Below, piece by piece: positions 22,509 through 31,207 of a stretch of 64,000 nucleotides of DNA. The notes beneath the pieces are model-generated. The model had not been told where the DNA came from. It worked only from the letters and a program-made list of their open reading frames with translations, and made no database searches. The position numbers were made by a program, and so were the translations under genes. Origin of the DNA: Fibrobacteria bacterium (GTDB lineage: Bacteria > Fibrobacterota > Fibrobacteria > UBA5070); the NCBI GenBank assembly GCA_035352895.1, contig DAOPYN010000013.1, positions 6,361 to 70,360 of the forward strand, read 5' to 3'. Each line of letters starts with the position of its first letter. Position 1 is the first letter of the stretch.

Positions 22509-22571
22509 TTCACTAGATACATCCTTTGCCGTGTTCGGTCCAGTCGCGACGGACTATCTTCCTGCCACTCC

Positions 22572-25500
22572 ATGTCCAGTCTTCGCCGGTCCTGCCTGCT
22601 CGTCGCCATCCTGTCGGTCTTTGTCTGGTCGTACGGCGACCAGGACCAGGATCGGAACCATCCGGAAGTGAAGTGGTTCACCTCGGAGACGCCGCATTTC
22701 CGTTTCCACTACGAGGCCGGATTGCGACCGGCAGCGGAGGCCTGTGCCGCTCGCGCCGAGGCGGTCTACCCCGTCCTGACGGAACTTTTCGGCTACGAGC
22801 CCTCCGCGAAGACGGAATTCCTGGTGTTCGACGAGGACTATTCCAACGGCTGGGCCATCGCCAGCTTGAACACCATGGCCATCTGGAGTTCGGACCTGGG
22901 TTTCGAATTGCGCGGCTCCAAGGACTGGATCCGGGACGTGGTCGCGCACGAGTTCTCCCACGTCGTCTCCATCCAGAAGGGCGCCAAGGCCAAGCCGTGG
23001 ATCTCCGAGATCCAGCTGGGATGGGACGATGCGTCCGATCGCGCGGTCTCTTCCGGCGGATGGCTCCTTTGGTCGCTGACCCCCTATTCCATGTCCATGG
23101 CCGAGGGATCGGCGCAGTGGGGATCGGAACGGACGGGAGGGGACGCTTGGGATTCGCATCGACGCATGATCCAACGCTCCGCCGCCACCTCCGACAGCCT
23201 GCTGTCGTGGGGGAGGATGGGGACATTCTCGGGGACGGGACTGGATGGCGAACGGGTATACGGACAGGGATACAGCCTGGTGCGCCACATCGAACGCACC
23301 CGAGGACCCGAGTGGGTGGGCAAGTGGTGGCAGGAATTGTCCAAGTGGAGGACGCAGACGCCGGGAGGCGCATGGCAGTCCCTGACCGGGCAGAGCGGAC
23401 AGGAACTCTGGAAGGAGTGGAGGGATTCGGCCAAGGCCATCGCCTCCCGCGAACTGGAAGCCGCCAAGCCCATGCGGCGGGGGAGGCGCCTGTTCGGGGA
23501 CGCGTTCAACACCCAGTGGCCCCGCTGGTGGAACGATTCCCTGATCCTGTTTTCCTCCAACCGCGGTTCCGACTTCCAGATCAACTCCCTGTGGGCCTGG
23601 GACCTGAAGGCGAAGGACTCCACCAAACGCTCCTGGGTGGTGGCACCGGTGATCCGCACCCGCGTGGGCGTGGATACCGCGGGCAAGCGCGTGTGGTTCC
23701 ACTCCGGTCGCGAGGACGATTCCCGCGGCAGGCCGGTCCTGGACATCTACAAGGCCGACATATCCCCGTCCAAGGACGGCAGCCTGGAAGCCTCCCCGAA
23801 GCCCAGGCAGGAACGTGTGACCCGCTCCCTCCACGCTTTCGCTCCGGACTACCACGGGGATTCCCTCCTGGTGGTGGTCCGCGACCTCGTGGATTTCCGG
23901 GTGCGCGTGGTGCCCGTGGATTCTTCCGGCGAGGGCAGGGAGCTTTTCCCGGGAGCGGGCAAGTCCAGCGGAGGGACCATCTTCGGGGCGGTGTGGTCGC
24001 CGGGTGGAGACACCGTGGCGATCGATCGATTCGACGGCAGGTCGCGGCGCATCGACCTGCTGGACCGTTCGGGCCGGATCCTCGCGCGCATCGGCGACAG
24101 CCTCTCGGATTGGCGCACGCCCTCGTTCTCCCCCGACGGCAGACGGATCGTGGCGAGCTCCGACCGGACGGGGATCTTTGACCTTTACAGACAGGATTTG
24201 TCTACAGGGCGGATGGAACGGTTGACCTCCGAGCCGGGAGGGGCTTTCCAGCCCGCGATGTCCCCGGACGGCAGGCGGCTGGCCTACATCGCCTGGGAGA
24301 ACGATGGATTCGGGCTCCACCTTCTGGATTCGATCGTTCCGGTCGATCTCGGCGTGGTCCAGCCCCGCGCGTTCCTTCCCGCTCCGGTCCAGGAATCCTG
24401 GGACCTGGCGGGCGGCGAGACTCCCTATTTCCCCGTCCCCACGCGGTTTTTGCTCTCGCCCATCCTCTATGCCCAACGGGCCCAGCCGATGTTCGGGGAG
24501 GAAGGGCTGCGCTGGAAGGGACTGGCCGGGGCGCGGTTCCAAGCGGTGGATCCGGTGCGCCGGAACACCATGGTCCTCCTGGGACTCCTGGATCTGGGCA
24601 ACGGGTTCGACTACATCCAGCTGGACCAGCCCACCTTCCTCAATCCCCGACAGGAGAAGATGCTCCTGGCCGGCTGGGAGAACCGGAGCCTGGTCCCCAC
24701 CCTCTTCCTGGAAGCCGGATGGCAGAACGTGCGCGGACAGGATACGTCCAGTCGCGAGGCCGCGTTGGGGACGGGACGCGAGCGCATCGTGCAGCCGTGG
24801 GCCCTGGAAGTGGGATCGGCGGCCGCCGGTGCCAGATGGTCGGTGACCCGGAACCAGAAATTGCACGGGGAATTGTCCTGGATCGGGTACGAATTCAACC
24901 TCTACGAGGGCGTGCCGTTCCGCTTTCCGGCCTACTCGTCCTGGTCGCCGGCCTTGATGTGGACCTACCTGGACAAGGCGCCCGCCGGCGAGGAATCGAT
25001 GGCCGACCAGCGGGGCGTCTTCGCCCGCGTCCGCCTTTCCCACGAGGCTTCCGAACTCCAGAGGTCGGGATCGTTCTCGGAGGTGTTCCAGCAGAACGCC
25101 AACGGTTCGGTCACGGTGAAGACCGCTTCCACCGATCTCCAGCGGATCGCCTTGGATCTGCGCCTGGCGGCCGGCAATCCGCTCTGGGACGACCAGACCT
25201 TCGAACTGGACCTCATGGGATCGGGGATCGCCCATTGGACGAGCGAAGCCGACACCCTCAACGACTTCTATCTGGAAGGGCTCTCACTGCCTGGCTATCC
25301 TTCCTTCGCCTCGGGGCGCACCGAGGAGCGTCTGTTCCAGGGAACCCGGACGGTGTTCGGTCGCCTGGCCACCCGGTTTCCGCTGGTGGAGATGCGCAAG
25401 GGGTTCTGGATCTGGTTCTTCGACCAGTGGTCGGCCGGGGCGTCGGTGCAGGCCGGTCGCGCCTGGCGGGGCGACCTTTGGGATCCGGATCTTTCCGTAC

Positions 25501-25775
25501 GCGACCAGATATGGGACTTCTCTCGGTCGTGGACGGTGGAAACGCGCCTGGCGGGTCGCATCCACAGCGCCTATCCGTTCCATTTGTCCCTGGGGCTTTC
25601 CCGTGCCCTGGACCAACCCATGGGATTGGCCCAGAAGACGGCGACCATCTTCGGCATCCCCACCTTCGCGCACCGCATCGAGTTCGGTCTGAACACCGGA
25701 TTGGACGAATGGGCGATCATCGACCAGCCGCTCAGACGACTGGGTCTCCTTCCCGCAGCTCGGAGAATCCATTGA
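22572..25775 (+). CDS. Secreted/envelope multidomain protein: N-terminal HExxH peptidase-like region, PD40/TolB-like propeller repeats, beta-strand-rich C-terminal half
   Basis: Signal-like N-terminus (MSSLRRSCLLVAILSVFVWS). HEFSH at residues 126-130. PD40-type repeats (WSPGGDTVAIDR, FSPDGRRIVASSDRTGIFDLY, MSPDGRRLAYIAWENDG). About 450 C-terminal residues show alternating beta-strand patterns. Confidence 0.7.
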   Translation: MSSLRRSCLLVAILSVFVWSYGDQDQDRNHPEVKWFTSETPHFRFHYEAGLRPAAEACAARAEAVYPVLTELFGYEPSAKTEFLVFDEDYSNGWAIASLNTMAIWSSDLGFELRGSKDWIRDVVAHEFSHVVSIQKGAKAKPWISEIQLGWDDASDRAVSSGGWLLWSLTPYSMSMAEGSAQWGSERTGGDAWDSHRRMIQRSAATSDSLLSWGRMGTFSGTGLDGERVYGQGYSLVRHIERTRGPEWVGKWWQELSKWRTQTPGGAWQSLTGQSGQELWKEWRDSAKAIASRELEAAKPMRRGRRLFGDAFNTQWPRWWNDSLILFSSNRGSDFQINSLWAWDLKAKDSTKRSWVVAPVIRTRVGVDTAGKRVWFHSGREDDSRGRPVLDIYKADISPSKDGSLEASPKPRQERVTRSLHAFAPDYHGDSLLVVVRDLVDFRVRVVPVDSSGEGRELFPGAGKSSGGTIFGAVWSPGGDTVAIDRFDGRSRRIDLLDRSGRILARIGDSLSDWRTPSFSPDGRRIVASSDRTGIFDLYRQDLSTGRMERLTSEPGGAFQPAMSPDGRRLAYIAWENDGFGLHLLDSIVPVDLGVVQPRAFLPAPVQESWDLAGGETPYFPVPTRFLLSPILYAQRAQPMFGEEGLRWKGLAGARFQAVDPVRRNTMVLLGLLDLGNGFDYIQLDQPTFLNPRQEKMLLAGWENRSLVPTLFLEAGWQNVRGQDTSSREAALGTGRERIVQPWALEVGSAAAGARWSVTRNQKLHGELSWIGYEFNLYEGVPFRFPAYSSWSPALMWTYLDKAPAGEESMADQRGVFARVRLSHEASELQRSGSFSEVFQQNANGSVTVKTASTDLQRIALDLRLAAGNPLWDDQTFELDLMGSGIAHWTSEADTLNDFYLEGLSLPGYPSFASGRTEERLFQGTRTVFGRLATRFPLVEMRKGFWIWFFDQWSAGASVQAGRAWRGDLWDPDLSVRDQIWDFSRSWTVETRLAGRIHSAYPFHLSLGLSRALDQPMGLAQKTATIFGIPTFAHRIEFGLNTGLDEWAIIDQPLRRLGLLPAARRIH

Positions 25776-26992
25776 ACTCCCGTCTCTTCACCCTGTTCTT
25801 CCTGGGCTTCAGCTCGGGATTGCCCCTGTACCTCACCAGCAAGACGCTCCAGGCATGGATGACCACCGAGAAGGTGGACATGAAGACCATCGGAATGTTT
25901 TCCCTGGTGAGTCTTCCATACAGTCTCAAGTTCTTCTGGGCTCCGCTCGTGGACCGGTTCCGGATTCCCTTCCTGGGGCGTCGCCGCGGTTGGATCCTGG
26001 CCTGTCAGATTCTGTTGGCGATCGCCGTGGTGGCGATGTCGGCTTGCGACCCCAGATCCTCCTTGCGTGTTCTGGCGGTCGTCTCCATCCTGGTCGCGTT
26101 CTTTTCCGCGACCCAGGACATCGCCTTCGAAGCTTGGCGGGTGGATGTGCTCCCCGAATCGGAACGAGGGTCCGGTGCCTCCATCGGCGTGCTCGGCTAC
26201 CGTTTCGCGTTGCTTCTGACCGGCGCGGGCGCGTTGATGTTCGCCGACGATCTGGGCTGGCCTGTCGTCTACCTGCTGTTGGCGGCCCTGCAGGCGCTTC
26301 TCGTCGTGGCCACATTCCTGGCGCCGAATCCGGTCCGCGAACCCGAACCTCCCGCATCGCTCGCCGCTGCCATCGGGGAGCCCTTCCAGCAGTTCTTCCA
26401 AAGCCGAGGAGCGATCCGGGCGCTTTCCGCCATCGCCTTCGTGGCGTTGTTCAAATGGGGAGTCTATCTCATCAGTTCCGCATCGCTGCCCTTCCTGCTG
26501 GAGCACGGATTCTCCGGCGCGGAGGTGGGCGCGGTGCTCGGTGGCGTGGGACTGGGGGCGACCATCCTGGGCACCGCAGCAGGCGGGGTGGCCATGACGA
26601 ACATGTCCGTGCGTTCGGCGCTGTGGATCTTCGGGGCCCTCCAGGGGGCCTGCGGCCTGCTCTTTCTGCTTCTTGTATCGCATCCGGGCAACCGCGACCT
26701 GATGATCGCCGCGGTGGTCAGCGAGAACTTCTTCGTGGGAATGGGGAGTGCGGCCCTGGTGGCCTGGATGCTGGGGGAATGCGACGCCCGCTATTCCGCC
26801 ACCCAATTCGCCCTGCTTTCCAGCTTGATGGCCTTCAGCCGGGACATATTGACATCGCCTTGGGGATGGATCCAGGAATGGATCGGTTGGCATGGCCTGT
26901 TCGTCTTCGCGCTGTTCGCCTGCCTGCCGGGTCTTGTCCTCCTGGTCTGGACGGGGCGCTGGACGTCGAAGTCTACTTCTCCATCAGTTTGA
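25772..26992 (+). CDS. ampG: AmpG-family MFS muropeptide permease
   Basis: TTG 25772 overlaps the upstream stop (ATTGA). Motifs: FFLGFSSGLPLYLTSKTLQAWM, PYSLKFFWAPLVDR. Polytopic membrane protein. A TTG start is needed to retain conserved TM1. Confidence 0.8.
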   Translation: MNSRLFTLFFLGFSSGLPLYLTSKTLQAWMTTEKVDMKTIGMFSLVSLPYSLKFFWAPLVDRFRIPFLGRRRGWILACQILLAIAVVAMSACDPRSSLRVLAVVSILVAFFSATQDIAFEAWRVDVLPESERGSGASIGVLGYRFALLLTGAGALMFADDLGWPVVYLLLAALQALLVVATFLAPNPVREPEPPASLAAAIGEPFQQFFQSRGAIRALSAIAFVALFKWGVYLISSASLPFLLEHGFSGAEVGAVLGGVGLGATILGTAAGGVAMTNMSVRSALWIFGALQGACGLLFLLLVSHPGNRDLMIAAVVSENFFVGMGSAALVAWMLGECDARYSATQFALLSSLMAFSRDILTSPWGWIQEWIGWHGLFVFALFACLPGLVLLVWTGRWTSKSTSPSV

Positions 26993-27785
26993 GCACCGCC
27001 GATGGCAGCTGGTTGGCCTGGCCCAGCATGCTTTCGCCGGACTTGATCAGGATCTGGTGCTTCGTGAACTGCATGGTTTCGAAGGCGAAGTCCGCATCGC
27101 GGATGCGGCTGTCGGCGTCCAGCAGGTTGGTCACCATGTCCCCCAGACCGAACACAGTGGACTCCAGGCGGTTCATGGTGGCTCCGATCCTCGAACGGAA
27201 TCCGAGGATGGTGCCGATCACCGTGTCCACGCTGGCCACCGCCGATTGGGCGGCGGACTGGGTGGACACTCCCCCGAAGGAGAGCCCCGTGGAGAGGTTC
27301 GACGGGTTGAAGGCGATGGAGGCACCTGCTCCTGTGCCACTCGAACTCACCTGGAAGGACATGGCCGTCGTGGACGCCAGAAGCGGAATGCCGTTGTAGG
27401 TCGTGGCCGTGGCGATGCGGGAGATTTCCGAGGCGAGCGCGGAGTATTCCTGCTGGAGGTATCCGCGATCGGTGTTGGAATAGGCCCCGTTGGAAGCCTG
27501 CAGGGCCAGTTCGCGCATGCGTTGGAGACTGTCTGTGATCTGTTGCGTCCCGGATTCGGCGATCTGCAGCATGGCCAGTCCGTCGTTGGAATTGCGTTGG
27601 GCCATCCGGTTGCCGCGGATCTGGGAACGCAGCCCTTCCGACAGGGACAAGCCGGCGGCATCGTCCCCGGCGCGGTTGATCCGCAAACCCGAGGCGAGCC
27701 GTTCCAGGGAGGTTCGGGTCGCGGAAATGGTCCGATCCAGGCTGTTTTGGATGGCGTACGAATTGACGTTCGTGAAGATGCGCAT
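26973..27785 (-). CDS. fliC: Flagellin (short, 270 aa)
   Basis: N-terminal LASGLRINRAGDDAAGLSLSEGLRSQIRG and C-terminal RIRDADFAFETMQFTKHQILIKSGESMLGQANQLP. Its 3' end overlaps ampG by 20 nt. Confidence 0.95.
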   Translation of the reverse strand: MRIFTNVNSYAIQNSLDRTISATRTSLERLASGLRINRAGDDAAGLSLSEGLRSQIRGNRMAQRNSNDGLAMLQIAESGTQQITDSLQRMRELALQASNGAYSNTDRGYLQQEYSALASEISRIATATTYNGIPLLASTTAMSFQVSSSGTGAGASIAFNPSNLSTGLSFGGVSTQSAAQSAVASVDTVIGTILGFRSRIGATMNRLESTVFGLGDMVTNLLDADSRIRDADFAFETMQFTKHQILIKSGESMLGQANQLPSAVLKLMEK

Positions 27786-27901
27786 GGCTATTCACCGCCG
27801 CGTCAGAAGCCCTGAAACGGTCTGTACGCCCACATCCTTGTCTGCGTGCAGCCTGACTCCTCCACCCTTCTGGAGGTCCGGGCGGATGCCCGGCAATCCA
27901 T

Positions 27902-27929
27902 TCATCGACACATGGCATCCGGAACTTTA
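27902..27929 (-). promoter_or_regulatory. sigma28 (FliA)-type promoter candidate for flagellin 26973-27785
   Basis: The minus strand reads TAAA-N16-GTCGATGA (consensus TAAA-N15-GCCGATAA), about 115 nt upstream of the ATG. Confidence 0.55.
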
Positions 27930-27948
27930 GCGATTTCTTCGGCGCACG

Positions 27949-27981
27949 AAAAAAGCCGCTCCGGGAAGTCCCGAGGCGGCT
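27949..27981 (-). terminator. Rho-independent terminator after flagellin 28012-28806
   Basis: The minus strand reads AGCCGCCTCGGGACTTCCCGGAGCGGCT followed by TTTTTT, about 30 nt after the stop. Confidence 0.7.
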
Positions 27982-28011
27982 CGTCCGATTTTGACGGAAT
28001 TCGTCGAAGCC

Positions 28012-28806
28012 TTACCCGAGCAGGTTCAGGACTCCCTTGGGAACCTGGTTGGCTTGGGCGATCATGGCCTGCGAAGAGCTGTTGAGGATCAGTCCCCGCG
28101 CCAATTCCATCGCCTGGGTGGCGTATTCCGTGTCGCGGATGCGGCTTTCGGCGTCGGTGGCGGAAGCGGAGTAGCTGCCCAGGTTGGAGGATGCGACCGA
28201 GAGGCGGTTCATGGTGGAACCGATGGAGGAGCGCATCTGGTTGACGGACTTCAGGTAGTCGTCGATCGCCGACGTCGCCGACTGCGCGGAGGACTGGCTG
28301 CCCAGGCCGCCGAGCGTGGACAGGGATGGCGTGCTCGCTCCTCCGAAGGACAACTGTTGCGCCGGGCCAGCCGAGGCTCCGACCTGGAACTGCACGGATC
28401 GTCCATCCAGGAGCGGGATTCCGTTGTAGGAGGTGGACTTCGCGATCGCTCCCACCTCGCTTGCCAGCGCCTGGTATTCGGCATCCATCGCCTTGCGGTC
28501 GTTGGCGTTGTAGGTGCCGTTGGCCGCTTGGATGGCCAGTTCCCGCATCCGCCCCAGGGCGTCCGTCATCTGCTGACCACCGGATTCGGCGATCTGCAGC
28601 ATGGCCAGGGCGCTGGAGGTGTTCGATTCGGCCATCTGGCTCCCGCGGATCTGCTGGCGGAGACCCTCCGACAGCGATAGCCCCGCCGCGTCGTCGGATG
28701 CGCGATTGATCCGCAGTCCGGTGGACAATTGCTCCAGGGACGACCGCAATCTCGCCTGGTTGGCACGGTTTGGAGTGCCTGCATTCAAGACGTCCTGGAT
28801 TCGCAT
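28012..28806 (-). CDS. fliC: Flagellin (short, 264 aa), paralog of 26973-27785
   Basis: Start taken at Met20 of track ORF 28012-28863 (MRIQDVLNAG...). Motifs: LSTGLRINRASDDAAGLSLSEGLRQQIRG and RIRDTEYATQAMELARGLILNSSSQAMIAQANQVP. Confidence 0.93.
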   Translation of the reverse strand: MRIQDVLNAGTPNRANQARLRSSLEQLSTGLRINRASDDAAGLSLSEGLRQQIRGSQMAESNTSSALAMLQIAESGGQQMTDALGRMRELAIQAANGTYNANDRKAMDAEYQALASEVGAIAKSTSYNGIPLLDGRSVQFQVGASAGPAQQLSFGGASTPSLSTLGGLGSQSSAQSATSAIDDYLKSVNQMRSSIGSTMNRLSVASSNLGSYSASATDAESRIRDTEYATQAMELARGLILNSSSQAMIAQANQVPKGVLNLLG

Positions 28807-28850
28807 GGTGTCCACCCTTTCCAGAACCGGAAACAACACCGGCATTCTGG

Positions 28851-28878
28851 TCATCGGCAGCATGCGGGGTGCACTTTA
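28851..28878 (-). promoter_or_regulatory. sigma28 (FliA)-type promoter candidate for flagellin 28012-28806
   Basis: The minus strand reads TAAA-N16-GCCGATGA (7/8 match to the -10 consensus GCCGATAA), about 45 nt upstream of the ATG. Confidence 0.6.
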
Positions 28879-28890
28879 GGCTTTTCCAAG

Positions 28891-28921
28891 AAAAAAGAAA
28901 CCCCGGTCTGTGGGACCGGGG
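28891..28921 (-). terminator. Rho-independent terminator after the lipoprotein gene
   Basis: The minus strand reads CCCCGGTC-CCACA-GACCGGGG followed by TTTCTTTTTT. Confidence 0.7.
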
Positions 28922-28959
28922 CGAGCAGTTCGACCTCTCCGGATACGGAGAGGAGCGAA

Positions 28960-29205
28960 TTACTTGGCCTTGGTGGAGGTGGCCTTCTTCTCGGCCTTCT
29001 TCTCGGCCTTGACGGTGTCCTTCTTGGCGGAGTCGACCTTGACGGTGTCCTTCTTGGCGGAGTCAACCTTGGCGGAGTCAACCTTCACGGTGGAGTCAAC
29101 CTTGGCGACGACGGTGGAGTCGACCTTGTTGGCGTCCGGCTTGGGGGCGTCGTTGCAAGCGACGAACAGGAAGGAAACGGCGGCGAGGAGGGCGAGCTTC
29201 TTCAT
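28960..29205 (-). CDS. Small repeat-containing lipoprotein (81 aa), Lys-rich
   Basis: MKKLALLAAVSFLFVAC lipobox signal, then KVDS(T/A)-type repeats and a KAEKKAEKKATSTKAK tail. Start taken at the second Met of track ORF 28960-29223. Confidence 0.7.
   Translation of the reverse strand: MKKLALLAAVSFLFVACNDAPKPDANKVDSTVVAKVDSTVKVDSAKVDSAKKDTVKVDSAKKDTVKAEKKAEKKATSTKAK
28981..29127. repeat. Coding tandem repeats within the lipoprotein gene
   Basis: A 30-nt unit GACGGTGTCCTTCTTGGCGGAGTCGACCTT at 29011-29040 repeats at 29041-29070 with 1 mismatch. Partial units run to 29127, and GGCCTTCTTCTC occurs twice at 28981-29004. Confidence 0.85.
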
Positions 29206-29295
29206 GGAATGAACTTTCTGCAAATGTTGTTGATGGAAGTCCGAAGTGGTAGAGTGCGGTGAAGCGATCTCGACCTTTCGTTGTTAAACAATAAT

Positions 29296-29311
29296 CGCGA
29301 GAAACGTGCCA
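29296..29311 (-). promoter_or_regulatory. sigma54-like -24/-12 element upstream of the lipoprotein gene
   Basis: The minus strand reads TGGCACGTTTCTCGCG (consensus TGGCACG-N4-TTGC). GG and GC have the correct spacing. About 90 nt upstream of ATG 29205 in an AT-rich intergenic region. Confidence 0.35.
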
Positions 29312-29401
29312 ATCTGTGGGGATTTTGATGAGGGCATGAAAGTTTGATGCCTTCGGATGATTATCGGGCAAAATTCCCGGATCCGATGGCGGTTTGCCCG
29401 C

Positions 29402-30142
29402 TTAGGGGTTCTCCAGGGCATGGATCAGGTCCTGCGCGAGCTGATCGGCAAGTTGGGTCGCGGGAGGAAGCGTGTGCCAAGGGCGGTGGTCAGGAGTGGG
29501 CGGGAAGCCGGTCAACCACTGCTCCAGGCGATCCCCCCCCGGTCCCAGTCGGATGGATCCGTGTTGGAGAAGAGCCTTCTGTCCCAGCTTGCGGGCCGAA
29601 CCGACCCATTTGACCCCAAACCATTTCAATTCGTGGCGCGAGGTGGACGCAAAGCACGGAGCCGCCCCCAGACCCAACGGATCACGCGAGGAACTTCCCC
29701 GCTCCAGGCTCAACCCCTCGATGCCGACCGCCCGGCCAGCTTCAAGAAGCCACTGGCCGAAGAATTCCTCGGGGGAACGCGCGCCCTGGCGAAAGATGGG
29801 GTGGTCGATGGGGAAGACCACGCTGTAGGTCAGTTCGTCCTGGTGCCATACGGCACGCCCACCCGTGGGACGATGGACCACCTCGGCGGGGCCGTCCGGG
29901 TCCGATCCCGGGGCGGCGCTCCAGGATTCCCAGCGAGGAGACAGGGCGATTTCCGGAGTCTGGTTCTTTCCCAGGCTCACCGTGGGGTGGTTCCAGGTGT
30001 ACAAGCGCAGCACGGGGATGGTCGCTTCTCCGGAGCCACCGGTTCGAAGCGCGTGCTCCATGTCCTGGAACAGCATGGTGTCGACGCGCATGTGCTCGGC
30101 ACCGCTGGCACCGTGGAGTGGATGGATCCGCAGTTGGCTCAT
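29402..30142 (-). CDS. Lipoate/octanoyl protein ligase family protein (BPL/LplA/LipB catalytic domain only)
   Basis: Motifs VHRPTGGRAVWHQDELTYSVV and KWVGSARKLGQKALLQHGSI (conserved Lys). About 246 aa with no LplA C-terminal domain. Start at MSQLRIHPL. Confidence 0.7.
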   Translation of the reverse strand: MSQLRIHPLHGASGAEHMRVDTMLFQDMEHALRTGGSGEATIPVLRLYTWNHPTVSLGKNQTPEIALSPRWESWSAAPGSDPDGPAEVVHRPTGGRAVWHQDELTYSVVFPIDHPIFRQGARSPEEFFGQWLLEAGRAVGIEGLSLERGSSSRDPLGLGAAPCFASTSRHELKWFGVKWVGSARKLGQKALLQHGSIRLGPGGDRLEQWLTGFPPTPDHRPWHTLPPATQLADQLAQDLIHALENP

Positions 30143-30194
30143 TGGAAACAGCAAGGTACCTGATCGGTCCGATTCCAGCTATCTTTACCTCACT

Positions 30195-31196
30195 ATGTCC
30201 GTACGAGTCGCCATCATGGGTGCCACCGGGGCGGTGGGCGCCGAACTCCTCTCCCTTCTCGACGAGCGCAATTTCCCCATCGGGGAACTGCGGCTTCTGG
30301 CCAGCAAGCGTTCCGCCGGTACCACCCTAGAGTTCCAGGGTCGGAAACTCAAGGTGGAGGAGCTCATCCATGGCTCCTTCGAAGGAATCGATCTGGTCCT
30401 GGCTTCCGCCGGCGGATCCATTTCCGCCGAGTTCGCTCCCAGCGCCGTGAAGGCGGGTGCGGTGGTCGTGGACAACACGTCCAAGTTTCGCATGGTCGAC
30501 GGTGTTCCTCTGGTGATCCCGGAAATCAACGCCGATCGGATCAAGGACCACAAGGGGATCATCGCCAACCCCAACTGCAGCACCATCATCATGGCCCTTC
30601 CGGTGTATCCGCTGCACAAGGCCTTCGGGATCAAGCGCGTCCATGCCGCCACCTACCAGGCAGCATCCGGAGCCGGCGCACGCGCCATGGAAGAGCTCAA
30701 GCAGGAGACCGCGGCGGTCCTGGAGGGCAGGGAATTCAAGCCCACCGTGATCCCGCATCCCTACGCGTTCAACGTCTTTCCCCACAACGCTCCCTGGGTG
30801 GCCGATGTCGGCTACAACGAGGAGGAGCTGAAGATGGTGAACGAGACCGCGAAGATCTTCGAGACGGATTCCGTCAAGGTCCACGCCACCTGCGTGCGCG
30901 TCCCGGTGTTGCGCGCCCATTCGGAAGCCCTGAACGTGGAGTTCGAACGCGAGGTCACCGTGGAGGAGGCGATGGCCGTGCTGGCCAAGGCTCCGGGAGT
31001 GCGGATCCTGGAGGATGCCGCATCCAACCGGTGGCCCATGCCCTTGGACGCGTCGGGCAAGGATCCGGTCCTGGTGGGACGCATGCGCAAGGATCGGAGC
31101 CAACCGAACACGCTCGACTTCTGGGTGGTGGGTGACCAGATCCGCAAGGGCGCCGCCCTGAACGCGGTCCAGATCGCCGAACACCTCTTCGCTTGA
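30195..31196 (+). CDS. asd: Aspartate-semialdehyde dehydrogenase
   Basis: VAIMGATGAVG (NAD(P) binding), IIANPNCSTIIM (active-site Cys), [13 protein letters not shown] 30195 lies within track ORF 29865-31196. Confidence 0.95.
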   Translation: MSVRVAIMGATGAVGAELLSLLDERNFPIGELRLLASKRSAGTTLEFQGRKLKVEELIHGSFEGIDLVLASAGGSISAEFAPSAVKAGAVVVDNTSKFRMVDGVPLVIPEINADRIKDHKGIIANPNCSTIIMALPVYPLHKAFGIKRVHAATYQAASGAGARAMEELKQETAAVLEGREFKPTVIPHPYAFNVFPHNAPWVADVGYNEEELKMVNETAKIFETDSVKVHATCVRVPVLRAHSEALNVEFEREVTVEEAMAVLAKAPGVRILEDAASNRWPMPLDASGKDPVLVGRMRKDRSQPNTLDFWVVGDQIRKGAALNAVQIAEHLFA

Positions 31197-31207
31197 GCCA
31201 TCCCGGG

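Noticed and set aside
22554-25235. 893-aa minus-strand ORF antisense to the HExxH/PD40 gene
   Set aside because: Same GC-bias artefact. The plus-strand frame carries a signal peptide, HExxH and PD40 repeats.
28757-28775. TGGCAC motif as a sigma54 promoter (plus strand)
   Set aside because: It lies inside and antisense to the flagellin coding sequence and lacks a TTGC -12 element at the proper spacing.
28981-29127. Possible CRISPR-like or other non-coding repeat array
   Set aside because: The repeats are contiguous with no spacers and are in frame within a lipoprotein ORF (KVDS repeats). No cas genes are present. This is a coding tandem repeat.
29330-29345. CCCGATAA (sigma28 -10-like) on the minus strand upstream of the lipoprotein gene
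   Set aside because: No TAAA -35 element lies 15-16 nt upstream. It is probably fortuitous in an AT-rich stretch.
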